A DNA stretch of 58,378 bases, filler included, from Bipalium vagum (Eukaryota), in assembly GCA_037834085.1 (NCBI GenBank). It is 3 parts of 3 records of this genome, joined end to end, with 100 filler letters (N's around TTAATTAATTAA, not from the genome) between each part and the next. Parts side by side here need not be neighbours in the genome. Positions count along the whole stretch, not along the records: positions 36,561 to 58,378 come from JBBMKC010231621.1; 2 more parts are not named here. One strand, given 5' to 3'. Of this stretch, positions 39,369-51,400 are shown piece by piece (position 1 is the stretch's first letter; the number at the start of each line of letters is the position of its first letter). The notes under the pieces were generated by a model. The model did not search any database, was not told the origin of the DNA, and was given only the letters and a program-made list of their open reading frames with translations. The position numbers and the translations under genes were made by a program.

Positions 39369-42156
39369 ATGAGTCATTCTACTATATATGCTGGTGTAAC
39401 ACTTGAAAATTTATCAAAAGATAGTTTTAGTGTAAGTAACATAAAAGTTATTAAAAATGCTGTCATATCTACTGTCAAAGATGAAAATCTGATGTTTATT
39501 AGAATTTCGAGTACAGATTCTAAGTTGAAAATGGCACCCACTGGCTATCCAGTAATTGATATGATAATATTTGATAAATTTATTCATGAGGGGAAAGCAA
39601 CTATAAAACTGCCCAAAAGCTCAGTTCAGGTGTTGATAAATAATTGCCCACCAGCTGATTTAAAATTGTTTATAACTACCCTGAAGGTTAAATTAAACAG
39701 TAATACTCCATCCGTGCAACAGTTGCGTAAAACAAAATCAATTGGTAAATTATTTCCTAGTACTGTTACTGCAATGGACGTGATCAGTCCAATCTGTAAG
39801 TCTGATGTTCGTAAGTTACAGGAAAAAAAACTAGAAAAAGGCTTTAAAGATAGTATGCCAGTAACACCAGACAAGAAGAGAAAAATTATTTTCAATGATG
39901 AAGACTTTATGACACCTCCTAATCGTAAATTAAAACTGGAACATTCTACCTCCACACCAATATCTAATGTTTTGAAGGAATTAAACATACCTAAAGAAAG
40001 CGTGCAAAAATCTGTTTCAGTATTAGATAAAAGTTTGAATGATTCTTTCGAACTTACCCAGTATTTTCAATTATCAAGTGAACAAATCTCAATTATCGAA
40101 AAAGTAAAGCTTGGTCAAAATGTGTTTTTTACTGGATCAGCGGGGACAGGTAAAACCTTTCTGCTTAAAAAAATTATCGGATCGCTTCCACCACAATCAA
40201 CAATAATAACAGCCAGCACTGGAATTGCTGCCAGTATTATTGACGGGTGCACCTTACACAATTTTGCCGGCATTGGATCAGTGATAAAGTCTCTGTCGAC
40301 CTCCATTAGTCTTGTTATGAAAAAACCACAAATTTTATTACAATGGCGGAAGTGTAAACACTTGATTATTGATGAAATTAGTCTGATAAGCGCTGAATTT
40401 TTCGATCATCTTGATCAGATTGGTAGGGCAGTAAGGAACACTCCAAATGAACCTTTTGGAGGTATTCAGATGATAGTGTCCGGAGACTTCTTCCAATTGC
40501 CACCGGTGATGAGAAGAGATTATGATCCAAAGGTATGAATGATATTCTTCATATACTTGAACCATTGTTGCTATATAGTATGAAAGGAAATGGGATTTTT
40601 TTATATTTATCAATAGTTAAGATAATTCTATTTTTTGTTAATAATTACTTAATTTTGTTCAGTAAAATTTTTGTTTAATAAAATTTATTAATTCGATCTT
40701 CTCAGACCAATTACAAATTCGCTTTTCAATCCAAAGTTTGGAACGAAGCATTTCCAGAAATAATGTTTCTCACCCAAGTCAAGCGTCAGTCCGATAAGGA
40801 GTTCGTAAAATTGCTTTCGAGTATAAGAATTGGTCTTGTTCCAGACTGGGCTGATAAGAGACTGAAAGCTACCTCGAAACAGGTGATCGAGAAAAACGGT
40901 GTCATCCCAACCAAGCTTTGCACCCACAAAATCGACGTGGAAGAGAAAAATAGTGATCACATAGAATCGTTAAAGGGTAAGTTTTTTGAAGGGTATAGAT
41001 AATGTTTCTTACGTTAAGGCAACGTTAACATTTTTAAAACCACTCTTGATATCATTTTATTTTGTTATTAATTTATATTTACTGATTTTTTTTTAATTTG
41101 ACAAATTTTGTTACAAAACCATTTAAAATATGTAATTCTCTCTAAACCAGTTATTAATTAATAATAATAGTAATTACATTATAATTAATAATTAGTTAAT
41201 TATATTAAAAATCGATAAATATTTTTTTTGAAATTCTCAAATCGATTAAGAAAAATAATAAATTTATTATTAAATTTGATTGATAATAAACCATCAATAG
41301 ATATATTTTCTATATTCGTTTTTATATCTTGAAGATTGACAACTGAACTAATTTGTACTTGGTTGCTGTCGGCATACGTAAATTGTTTCTGTTGAAAGTC
41401 TGAGGCTTTTATTTGTTTTCTTTTGGTTTTTAATTTCGTTCAAATGTTTACTTGAATTAGATTAAACAATTATGAGCACAATTGATATTTTGTTTTGATC
41501 CTTGATCTGTAGGCGAGGCCGTTGTCTTCACAGCTGTGGACTCTGTACCTGACAAAGAACATTATATGCGTGATATCTGCCAAGCCGATCAGGAAGTAAC
41601 CTTGAAAATCGGTGCCCAGGTAAGCGTCTTTTTTTGCTATTTAAAATATTTCACTTTCTTCAGGTAATGCTGATAAAAAATATCGACTTGAAAAACGGCC
41701 TGGCAAACGGAGCTCGTGGAGTTGTGGTTGAATTCAAATTTATCTCTCAAAAACGATTCCCTGTTGTCCGATTCGCATCTGGCAAGACATTCTTGATAAC
41801 ACCAGAGCTGTTTACCGTTGCGATCAATGTCGGGGGTAACAAAATCGTTGTCGTCCGAAAGCAGGTGCCATTGAAGTTAGCCTATGCACTTTCCATTCAC
41901 AAAAGTCAGGGAATGACTCTGGATTGTGTCGACTTGTATTTGTCTAAGGTTCGTTAACTTGTACCCATTTTTCTTTTTTATCTTCCTTACTGTTTTATAG
42001 AGCTTTGAGAGTGGTCAAGCATATGTTGCGTTGAGCAGATGCAAATCCATCCATTCGATGCGAGTAATTAATTGGCAAAAACACTGTGTCAAGGTGGACA
42101 GAGATGTGGTTAATTTCTACAAAAAGTACCAACCCATTGAAGAATTTTATGAATGA
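39369..42156 (+). CDS. PIF1: ATP-dependent 5'-3' DNA helicase PIF1 (cellular type with N-terminal PINT/PH-like domain), 5 exons, ~660 aa
   Basis: Exons 39369-40532, 40706-40976, 41513-41619, 41664-41948 and 42001-42156, all GT-AG and in phase. Motifs: FFTGSAGTGKT (Walker A), TASTGIAA, GCTLHNFAGIG, LIIDEISLI, PFGGIQMIVSGDFFQLPPV, LTQVKRQSD, LKIGAQVMLIKN, GLANGARGVV, RKQVPLKLAYALSIHKSQGMTLD, FESGQAYVALSR. N-terminal FIHEGKATIKL...NCPP is typical of metazoan PIF1 rather than a Helitron helicase. Confidence 0.97.
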
Positions 42157-42899
42157 TTTTTTTTAATAATATATGACTTTTACACCTCTTCCTCTCTTAT
42201 GAATTTTAGAAATAATTTTTTAGCTAATTTTAAATATTTGATTTTTTGTCACATTGTAAAGTTTAGTTTTCCTTGAATAAGGAATGAGAAATGGCAAAAG
42301 ATTTTTAAGTCCCCAATTCTTTTATCTATGGCCCTTACTTAATCCAGTTAAACGGTCAATATCATATATCTCTATATTCGATTTGGTGTTGGTTTTTACT
42401 TTCTCGAAAATGTATTGCAAAATACACTTTCTCGATCTATTAAATAATTATTGCAATTGGTTGCGTCATTGTATTTGATAACGTTTATGTAAAGGTTAAA
42501 AGAATTTTATTTAAAAATTGTAATGTTTGTTGTGGATTACCGAGGAATAGGATATATTAAATTTTGCTCGTTTCATTAAGGCGCCAGGTGAGGAAATCAT
42601 GTCATGTATTGGTGGAGTATTGTAGATCGCATCTAAGAACCAATAGGAATTCAACAGTTAGGCGGTATTTAAGTAAGACTTTGGTCATCTCCGAATTGAC
42701 TTAACACATTTGTGACAGTAGGGGCCTTTTAACAAAAATATAAATTAGAAACATTCCAACTGCTCATCCATGATATTAACTGGTGGATGCATAATAGGTT
42801 CTCGATGTAGGTTATCTTAATTTTTCTTTACATTAAAATAATATTGTTAGTAATGTAACAAAATTTCAAATGTATAAATAATAACTTTTTAATTATATG

Positions 42900-44030
42900 T
42901 AATTATTTTTTTTATAGGTTTCTATTTTACTTTAGAATATAATGAGTAAATAGCAAATATGTTTTACAATAAGAGTCAGAAAGGACGAAGGCAACGTAAA
43001 TCAGACAAGAAAAACAACAAACTTATTGTTGATATTCGATCAAGAATAGTGTCCAATTATCAGAATGGAAATACAATTGCAGAATACGTGATGTTACCTG
43101 TTTCAACTATCAGAAATGTCATAAATATTTTAAATGGCTCTGGTCGGACAGAACCATTAAAAAGGGGCTCAATGTGTAAAAAAGTAACACTTGAAGTAGC
43201 AGAACATATTCTGTCTATGATTGATGAAGATGCAACTTTAAACGAATTTCCAAATTAATTTTTGAAATATTCCAAGTTAAGTTATCATAAACAATACTTT
43301 GAATGACTTTCATTATTCATTTAAAAAGTTACAAAATAGTCCAGCTCATAGAAATACTGAAAAAACCATAGCAAGTACTTTTTTTTTACCTATCAATATG
43401 AACATTACATAGTAGATTATTCATTGGTATTACTTCTGTTCTGGCAGTTCCAAATATCAGAAGCAGAAATATATGTATGCTGCGCTATGTCAAAGTATTT
43501 TGTAATACTTTAAAGTATCACTTTTACTATTCAACACAAGTTCTTTCTTGGGTTCTGCGGAAGATTTTTTAAGATTTCTTGATGATCTTAATTACAAGAA
43601 ATTTGTGCTTATTATGGATAATGTATCATTCATAAAAGTCAAACGGCTACTGACTTCATCGAGCGAAATGAAAAAATATTTGCATTCTTACTCCCTTATT
43701 CTCCGTTTTTCAACCTCTCAATTTTCGAAGTGGAAGAATTATGCCCGCATACAAGCTCTGGGCACGGGAGATTTGCTATTAGCTAATATGGAAGAAGGAC
43801 TTAATACAAGTACAGAAGAGGACTGCGATGGATTCTGCAGAAATATGAAAAAACATATTAGTTTATCATTAAATAAAGTTGAAATTACTGTCAAATCAGT
43901 AATTAAATTATTGGATTGTTTTAGTACTTGATTTAAGTATTTTTTGTTAAAAAATTATACTAAATTGAAGTTTAAAAAACTAAATTAATGTTTAAGATAA
44001 CTAAATTGAGATGAAAAACCTTTATGTCAA
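42900..44030 (+). mobile_element. IS630/Tc1-like transposon relic (same group as 11165-11615)
   Basis: HTH LPVSTIRNVINILNGSGRTEPLKRG, DEDATL, FHYSFKKL...RNTEKT, LIMDNVSF, FSKWKNY, DCDGF.RNM. Confidence 0.75.
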
Positions 44031-44342
44031 TAACTTAAATAATTGAATCAAAACAATCACAATAAAACCTTATTTTGCTTACACAGATAAACGAATAAAT
44101 GTCCACACAAATCGATCTCAATTTTCAAAATGCCACCAACAATCAATGAATAAATAAATAAATCAAACTAAATTTTATGAAATCAAATTACATATTAAAT
44201 TGTCAAAGAGATTAAATTGAAATCGATTCAAATTTCAATTATCAAAAAGTTAAAGAAAGGAAATAAAACAATATACCAATTCTCACAGCTTTAGAAGACA
44301 ATTGTTCCTAGGGTAATTTAATGGGCCGTACCGGTACGCTCA

Positions 44343-44696
44343 TTAACGCTATAACAGCACAGGACCAATCATTTGCTCCTGTACTATAATAACGAAATAG
44401 TCACCTTAAATTTTCCTTTTTCTTCTGACACAAAAAAACGCTGTTGTTTCTATTATACTGATCAGAAGATCACTCAGTCGTAGACCAATATTCTTAATTT
44501 GGAATGTCAATTTACTTTTTTTCCCTTAATATTAAATCGGTTTCGAACTGCAGACCATGATCTAATCTTGGGAATTCGAAGTTTGACAGTGTCAAGTTCA
44601 GACCATCATGAATAAAAAATACTATTTAATTATTTTTTTGGATATTATTATTCTTCTTTTTTGACCTGTTAGCGGTTTTATAACTCAAAGGGTTAA
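44343..44696. mobile_element. Old piggyBac-like MITE
   Basis: TTAA-CGCT... and ...AAAGGG-TTAA ends; colinear similarity to 38490-38825. Confidence 0.5.
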
Positions 44697-45539
44697 AGGC
44701 TTGTGCGCTTGACCAGAACCAACAGTAATAACAATCAATGAGATTCAATGTAATAAAAATAATCAAAAATAACAATAATAATAATTACACAATTTCATAA
44801 ATAAAAATAATTTTTCACATAAATATAAATAAAATCAAAAATCTTTTCCTCCTATTTTTCAAAAATTGATCAGAGTTCTGGGTCTTGCACATTTTTCGAC
44901 CAAACCATTCAAATTTAAAATCATCTGTCGCAACAATTTCTGTCATATTACTTTATAAATATTTACACAAATAGATTCTTTTGGCTCTAGTAACAATAAT
45001 TTTTATTAACATTTATAGCTAAACCATTTTAATGAATTCATGAAATTAAATTTAAACTTAAGTTTATATATTATGTAAAATTTAAAATTAAAATATTTAA
45101 CATTAAAAGTACCTATCAAAATTATGTTAAATATTAATAATATTAAACAATTTTTTGGTGTAAGTTTTTAAATAAAGTTTAAATAAGTTTAAGTAAATAA
45201 AAATTTTGAAAAAAGTTATAATTAATAAGACAAATATAAAATAACAATTTTAAAAAATTTTAAAAATTAGAAAAATGAAAAAATTGAAAAATTTCTAAAA
45301 AATTAAATTCTTTATCATTAATATCTTAAATTTTTTATAACGATTCCTAACTATTTTTATGTTTAAGAAGGTAAAAGAAACAAAAAACTAAATGAAAATC
45401 CATACTTTAATTTTTTAAAACCTAGATAAGCAGCCGTAAGGATATTATAACTAGAAAAAAGAGTCAGGTACATGTAAAAATTGTTGTTTTTCATAAATAT
45501 CTACAGGTTTTCTTTATTATGCTAATTTATTAAATGTCA

Positions 45540-46710
45540 ATAAAATTATTGCAGATAAATAATGGAGTAGATGATTCACCTTGTGAAAATTAAATTTCCC
45601 TAGTTCCATTTTCAGAAATAGGTAATGTTAGGTTAAGTGATTTACAAGTTATGTTAGTTCTCCTAAATGTTATCAACTCAAAAACTTCATTAATTAATGT
45701 AGAAGAATGAACAAATATGATTGAGGTTTTTATTAACTTCAATACAACAACTGATTAAAACTTTTATGGAATGATAAAAAAAACTGCTTCAAAAACTGCT
45801 TTATAAACTTTGTTTTATTTAAAGATAAGAGATCTGAACGACTAATAATAGTTTAGTTAAGTCTACAGAAAAATTATGTCTCCGCCTAATAATGTTGAAA
45901 TTCTGAACTTTTTTCAAGGAATAATATTATATAACCCTCAAGCGGACAAAAACAGTACACCTAGGTCGCAAGCTAAACTGTTACAAGGGGCTTACAACTG
46001 GCTTACCAACTCCCTCGAAGGAAGTGTAAATAATAGAAAACTCACGAGTAAACAAAGCGATTAACAAAATAAGGTATATTTATTATCAACAATGCAAGGT
46101 TAGAAATCTATTTAATCAAACAATTTAATTAATAAAATATTTTCTTGACTTTACGATACTCGAAGAATTCATGATAACAAAAATGCATATTCTGTCGCCT
46201 AGAGCGACGCGGAATCGAATTAGTGAGAGAATAATAAAAAAGAATAAAGAAAATATTAACAAGTTAGTGATGAAAAGAATTTCCTTCTATCACTAAATCA
46301 ATGTTAACTATTTAATTGTTTAAGTTTAACTCGATCGGTTAAAATATTTTGAAATTAATACAAATTCCTTACCTATTATTATTACCGGCGTCTTAAAAAT
46401 ATCTTTAATTTGAATAGCAGTATGCGTATTCTCAGATTGATTAAGGATGTTTTGAATGTGAAAACCAGGAGCTTATATACTCCGGTTTTCCACATTCTAT
46501 AACTGCTCATTGGGTCTATTTTAACCTAATAAATATAAATTTATGTGCGGACGGTCTCTATTTTAAGTAAGTTTTTCTTACTAATAATAGAATTTGCGTA
46601 GGTGATTGCTATTTTAAGAGGGTTCTTATGCTATAGATCTTACTATATTTAGTAACCCTACTTCCACAACATTTATTTATGGTAAGTTGTTTAATTTCTA
46701 TAATAATAAT
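45540..46710 (+). mobile_element. 3' end of an RLE-type non-LTR retrotransposon (NeSL/R2-like superclade?) with structured 3' UTR and TAA tail
   Basis: Ordered remnants IHLVKIKFP* (IxLxExxxPY), LIIV*LSL (IIVxSLG) and QAKLLQGAYNW, then many hairpins, then (TAA)3 at 46701. Confidence 0.45.
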
Positions 46711-48430
46711 CCTTAATCAAGTGGGTTAATATTTTAATTAATATCTAACTCTACTTTTAATTAACTTTTATTTTATTTTCAAAATGATTATTTCTAATTT
46801 TATTAATTATTTAAACATTATTTAAACATAATTATCTATTTAAAATAGATAAACAAAAGTGACCCTGGGGGTATTAGAACGGAATTTTAACCATTATTTT
46901 TACAATATAAAATCTCATCCTTTATTCATAGACATAAAAGTAAAATATTAGACCTTACGAAGCCTTTTCATGCATATCAATATAAATTCAAATATAAAAT
47001 TAAATTCAAATCAACTATCAAATGTTTCCAATGTCGATTACAATTTCTGGAGAGCTGTCGTCACTCTCCATCGACTCCTGAGGTTTGTCAGCAATCCCTC
47101 GAATCTGTTTCATTGAATTTTGTGTTTCATCTAATTGTTTTTTACGAGTTTTACTGTGGATCCCGACAGTAAATATTGGAATGTTACTTATTTTTTTAAA
47201 CTCCTCCTAAAATAAAATTTATAGAAATGAAATATATTATCTGATCGAATAATTCATTTTAAAAGATCTAAATGGTAAACGTTCATAAATCTATATAATT
47301 TATTATTTTAAATATTACCTACTAAATTTAAAGAAATTAGGAAAGATTTTAAAAGAAAATGAAATTTAACTTAATTTATAAAAATGAAATTTTTCGCAAT
47401 CTTCAATTTCGATTGTGTTTATATCTGTTGTTCGTAGTTTCAAAATAATAGTCATCGTTGTCTTACTGATATGATTGAATTGTTATGACCAATCTTACAA
47501 ATTATTTCATTAAATATTGTCGTCTAACCGGTTTCGTATAAAATTTCGTCAAGTTGTTTCGTTTGATTTTCAATGTCTGCCTTAATAAATTATTTCTACG
47601 GTTCTTATATTAAAATTATCTGATAAATTAAGTTGGTTACAACTGTTGCTAAATATTTTGTTTGTTTGTTGCCTTTTAGTAATATAAATTTTCGATATTA
47701 ATTATTTCAATTATTATTAAGTTTTTAAGATTATATTTTTAGAGTTTGGGAGCAATATTTAAAAACATAAAACTACAAATATAACATACATATTTAAATC
47801 GATCACTTTGTGATTTGATTATTTTTGTCTTCTCATGTATTTTTGCTGAATTTGATTGTTTGTGTTTATGTACAAGGTTGGGTCGCCCGATTTAGATATA
47901 TCGGCTTGTTCTCATAATTACATTAGTCGAAATCTTTATTTTTGTTGATGAAACGTTATAGTTATTTCGAATTTCCATCAATATATTCATAATTTAATTT
48001 TAACTTGAGAACGAAATAAAATGCAAATTTTAATTAAGATGTTCCTAACTTATTAATAAAACAATTCATCAAAAATAATGAATTGAAATTTGAATTAAGA
48101 ATACTGTATTTCTATTAAAAACAGAAAAAACTATTTATTTATTACCAATAATCTTATCAAACTGTAATGCCGTTCTCCTTCATAAGTCATAATGTTTAAA
48201 AATAGAATCATTTAAGCTTAAATACTTAAATTTAACAACCACTTATGATAAAATATTTTCAAAATGTATAATAATCCTTGATAAAGCAAATAACATGAAA
48301 AAGAAAACATATTGCACTTTACTCTTTTTGATTCTTTTTAAAAACAAACCAGGGTCTCTTCTGATAAATCCAGTTTCTTTCATTACCAATTTGGAAAAAA
48401 TTTTGAACTCATCGGTAGAATTAAGATATG

Positions 48431-51400
48431 TTACGGGACATCAATAAAATCGAAATCATCTTGCTCTGAATCACTGCTTACGAGGTTTAACGAATGATCT
48501 TTAGAATATCATTCAACAAGGTTTAACAGATTAAAAGATATCTCACCATTATTAATTATCCTCAGTTGATCGAACTTCCGAACACATTCCAAAGCTATCC
48601 AACTGAGTCTATACAATGATTCCAATTCCTTTTGACTATTTTCGAATTTTTTCATTTTCTAAATCAAGTTAAAGATGGCTTTAATTAGAACCAATATAAT
48701 CATCAGAAATTAAAGCAAAATAGAGCACAAATATTTTTAAATCTGGAGAAAACCAAAATTAATTTAACCTGAAAATTATTTAAGATACTTGTAAACGTCG
48801 ATTAAGAAATTCTGGGCTATTTGGGCGTGCTGCAGTTAAAATCCAACGGTTAAGAAAAAAAAGAATCTTATCTTATATCAGTATGAGAATACAAAAATTA
48901 ATCATTAAAAAATTGGAAAAATTTTCTATGGTTTAAAAAGACTAAATTTGAAATTTTTAGATCCAAAAGAAAAGCAGAGTTTATGATGGACCAGTGCCAA
49001 CAGTAAAGCATGGAGGTAGATGGGTACTTATATATGGTTGTTTTGGGAACAATAAAGTAGGAAACTTGATCAAAATCAACGGAGTTCTGAAAAGTGAACA
49101 ATACAAAGGTATTTTAGTTCATCATTCTGTTCCGACTGGGCTGAGTTTAATTGATCAAAATCTTATTTTCCAAAAAGATAACTGTGTAAAACCGAGTTGA
49201 ATAAAAAAACGTAAATATTTTTGAAGTCATGAAATACCCAGCTAAAGTAATATTTTTAATGAAAATAATGTATATTTTTAAATAATATTGGAAACTTTAT
49301 TTGTTTTAAGTACACAAGTTTTATTTATTGAATAAAATTGCCTTCAGTGTCAATTACAGTTTCAAAAAGGCTTCTGAAAAGCTTACAAGTCGCGATCAAA
49401 TGATTTTTGTTCATATTTATCATAGTCAAACTTATAGAAGCCCATAATGAATCTTTGGTATTATGAGGATGTTTGTTCGTCTCCTTCTCTACAGCGCCTC
49501 ATACAAAATAGTCCAAAGGATTTAAGTCGGGTGACCTAGGTGGCCATCAGTTTGGAGTGACATGGTCATTAAAATTTAGCGATAGCCGTTTTTGTGTTTT
49601 CATGCTGTATGGCAGGGAGCTGAGTCTTGTTGGAACAAAAAAGGGCAACTTTTTCAACCCATTGCTTCAAATATGCATCCAGACACTCGATATAAAGAGA
49701 TTCATTAATTCTAAGTCCCTGTGCAAAGAAATACGGAGGCATAACATGACCTTCGTTGCTCACAACACCCAATATCATTAAAGATGATGGAAACTTGGTG
49801 TGCATAACATTAGGGACCTCAGAAGCACAGCCATCGATCGTTCCTCCTGTTAACCTTTTGATCTTGAGTAAAAATATTTTCATCAGAAAAGAACCATAGC
49901 ATGTTTGGATGATCAGGATACTTGATTTTGTTTAAAAAACACTTCGAGCGGATTAAAGGATTTTCTTTGCTTTTTGCCGATACAAAATGTCTTCTTCTCA
50001 TGACGTAGGACTTGCATTTTAAATCATTGTGTAACGTTAGTCTTACTATTGACTCAGAAACCGATAGTCGATGAGCAATTTCTCTCATTGATGTTCTGGG
50101 ACTTTCATGAACAACATCCTGGCTTTTTGAACAAAATTAACATTTCTGACAATGCCTGAACGCGAGGAATTTGTTTTTCTTTTAGATATAGGGGAAACAT
50201 TTCGATCAGATGCTAAACATTCCTTTCTAATTTTATTGACAAACGATCTGACCACATTAAAAAATTTCTAGGTCACTGTGTCCGGCGGCTAGTGCAACAA
50301 TAACTGCATGTCATTTCATTTCTTGTGTTATTTCAAAAGTTATCTCTTCCATTTCTAAATTAAAAAATAATTATTTAATGTTGTATCAATAAATATTGCA
50401 AATCAATTTTAACGCCACTAAAAAATATCATGATATATTTTAACAAATTTTGCCATCAAATAGCTGACGCACCATGTATTACAAAAAGCCTGGAGCAAAA
50501 TCGAAACGATTACATTGAATAAACTGCCAAAGAGAAAGTTTCGTGTGTTCAAAGACCAAAAAAAGAGGATATATCGATGAAAAATTTAATTGTTAATGTG
50601 TTTTGTGATCACTATTTTGATTAAATTGTTAAAAAGTTATTAAAAGAAAATTTCTATAAAATGAATGTTTACTAAGTTTTTTTCGATGCTTTGTTAAAGA
50701 AAATTTATTAATTTCTTGATAACATATTAAAATATATTATCTATCTGCTAAATAGATTTTTCTTAATTATTATTATTAATTAATATAAATAATTCTATGG
50801 AATCATCAACTGAGCCAAAAATTTAGATTTAGTCTCCTAGAAAATGAGCTTGAAATTTGGTGGGCATTATAAAAGTAGTGAGTCTTTGTTTTGAAAGGAA
50901 AAAAGAAAGCAAACTTTGATAATATTGTTCAAGAATGGAACAGAGCGTTTTTGAAGCACTGCGATTTCGTCCTTCAATGTTCGTAGTAAATCGGTATTGT
51001 TAGAATTTTCATATATTTCAATAGTCATGTTTTCCAGAGACAAATTGACGGATACTTCGTGTGTCATTTTGCGAGAGACTTTGCTGCTCGGCCCAGAAAA
51101 ATCAAATGGAACGTCTAGTCCATCGTCAATTCCTACAATTAAACAATAATCAAAATTATTTCAGAAAATAAAACCTGGAAACAAAATTTTTTCATTATCC
51201 ACACAATTCTCAGTCGACGAGGATTTTGGTAACCCGGTGTTAATATCATTGACGTCAGGGATCAATATATTGAAGCAGTTTTCAATAGTATTGATAGAAG
51301 AAATGATGAGCAATTTATTATCTTAAAAGATCACGAAAAACAATACTGAACTAATAATAATACAGAATACTCAAAATACCTTTAAAAACATCTACCAGAT

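Noticed and set aside
39626-40960. Minus-strand ORFs overlapping PIF1 (and 22370-22597 over FGFR)
   Set aside because: Antisense shadows of real coding exons with no independent motifs.
39369-42156. PIF1 as a Helitron RepHel
   Set aside because: No HUH Rep domain; it has the cellular N-terminal domain and ordinary introns.
44317-44346. Strong hairpin with perfect CGTACCGGTACG palindrome
   Set aside because: Resembles a common MITE subterminal motif at the edge of a repeat; isolated.
46107-46223. Possible mini-Helitron (TC start, GC hairpin, TTAG|T end)
   Set aside because: The terminus is not CTRR, and the hairpin is better explained as part of the surrounding structured block.
46653-46660. 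TAACCCTA as a telomerase RNA template inside the structured segment
   Set aside because: It is base-paired near the 3' end of the structured block, with no downstream pseudoknot or H/ACA features evident. An 8-mer is expected by chance, and the retroelement context is simpler.
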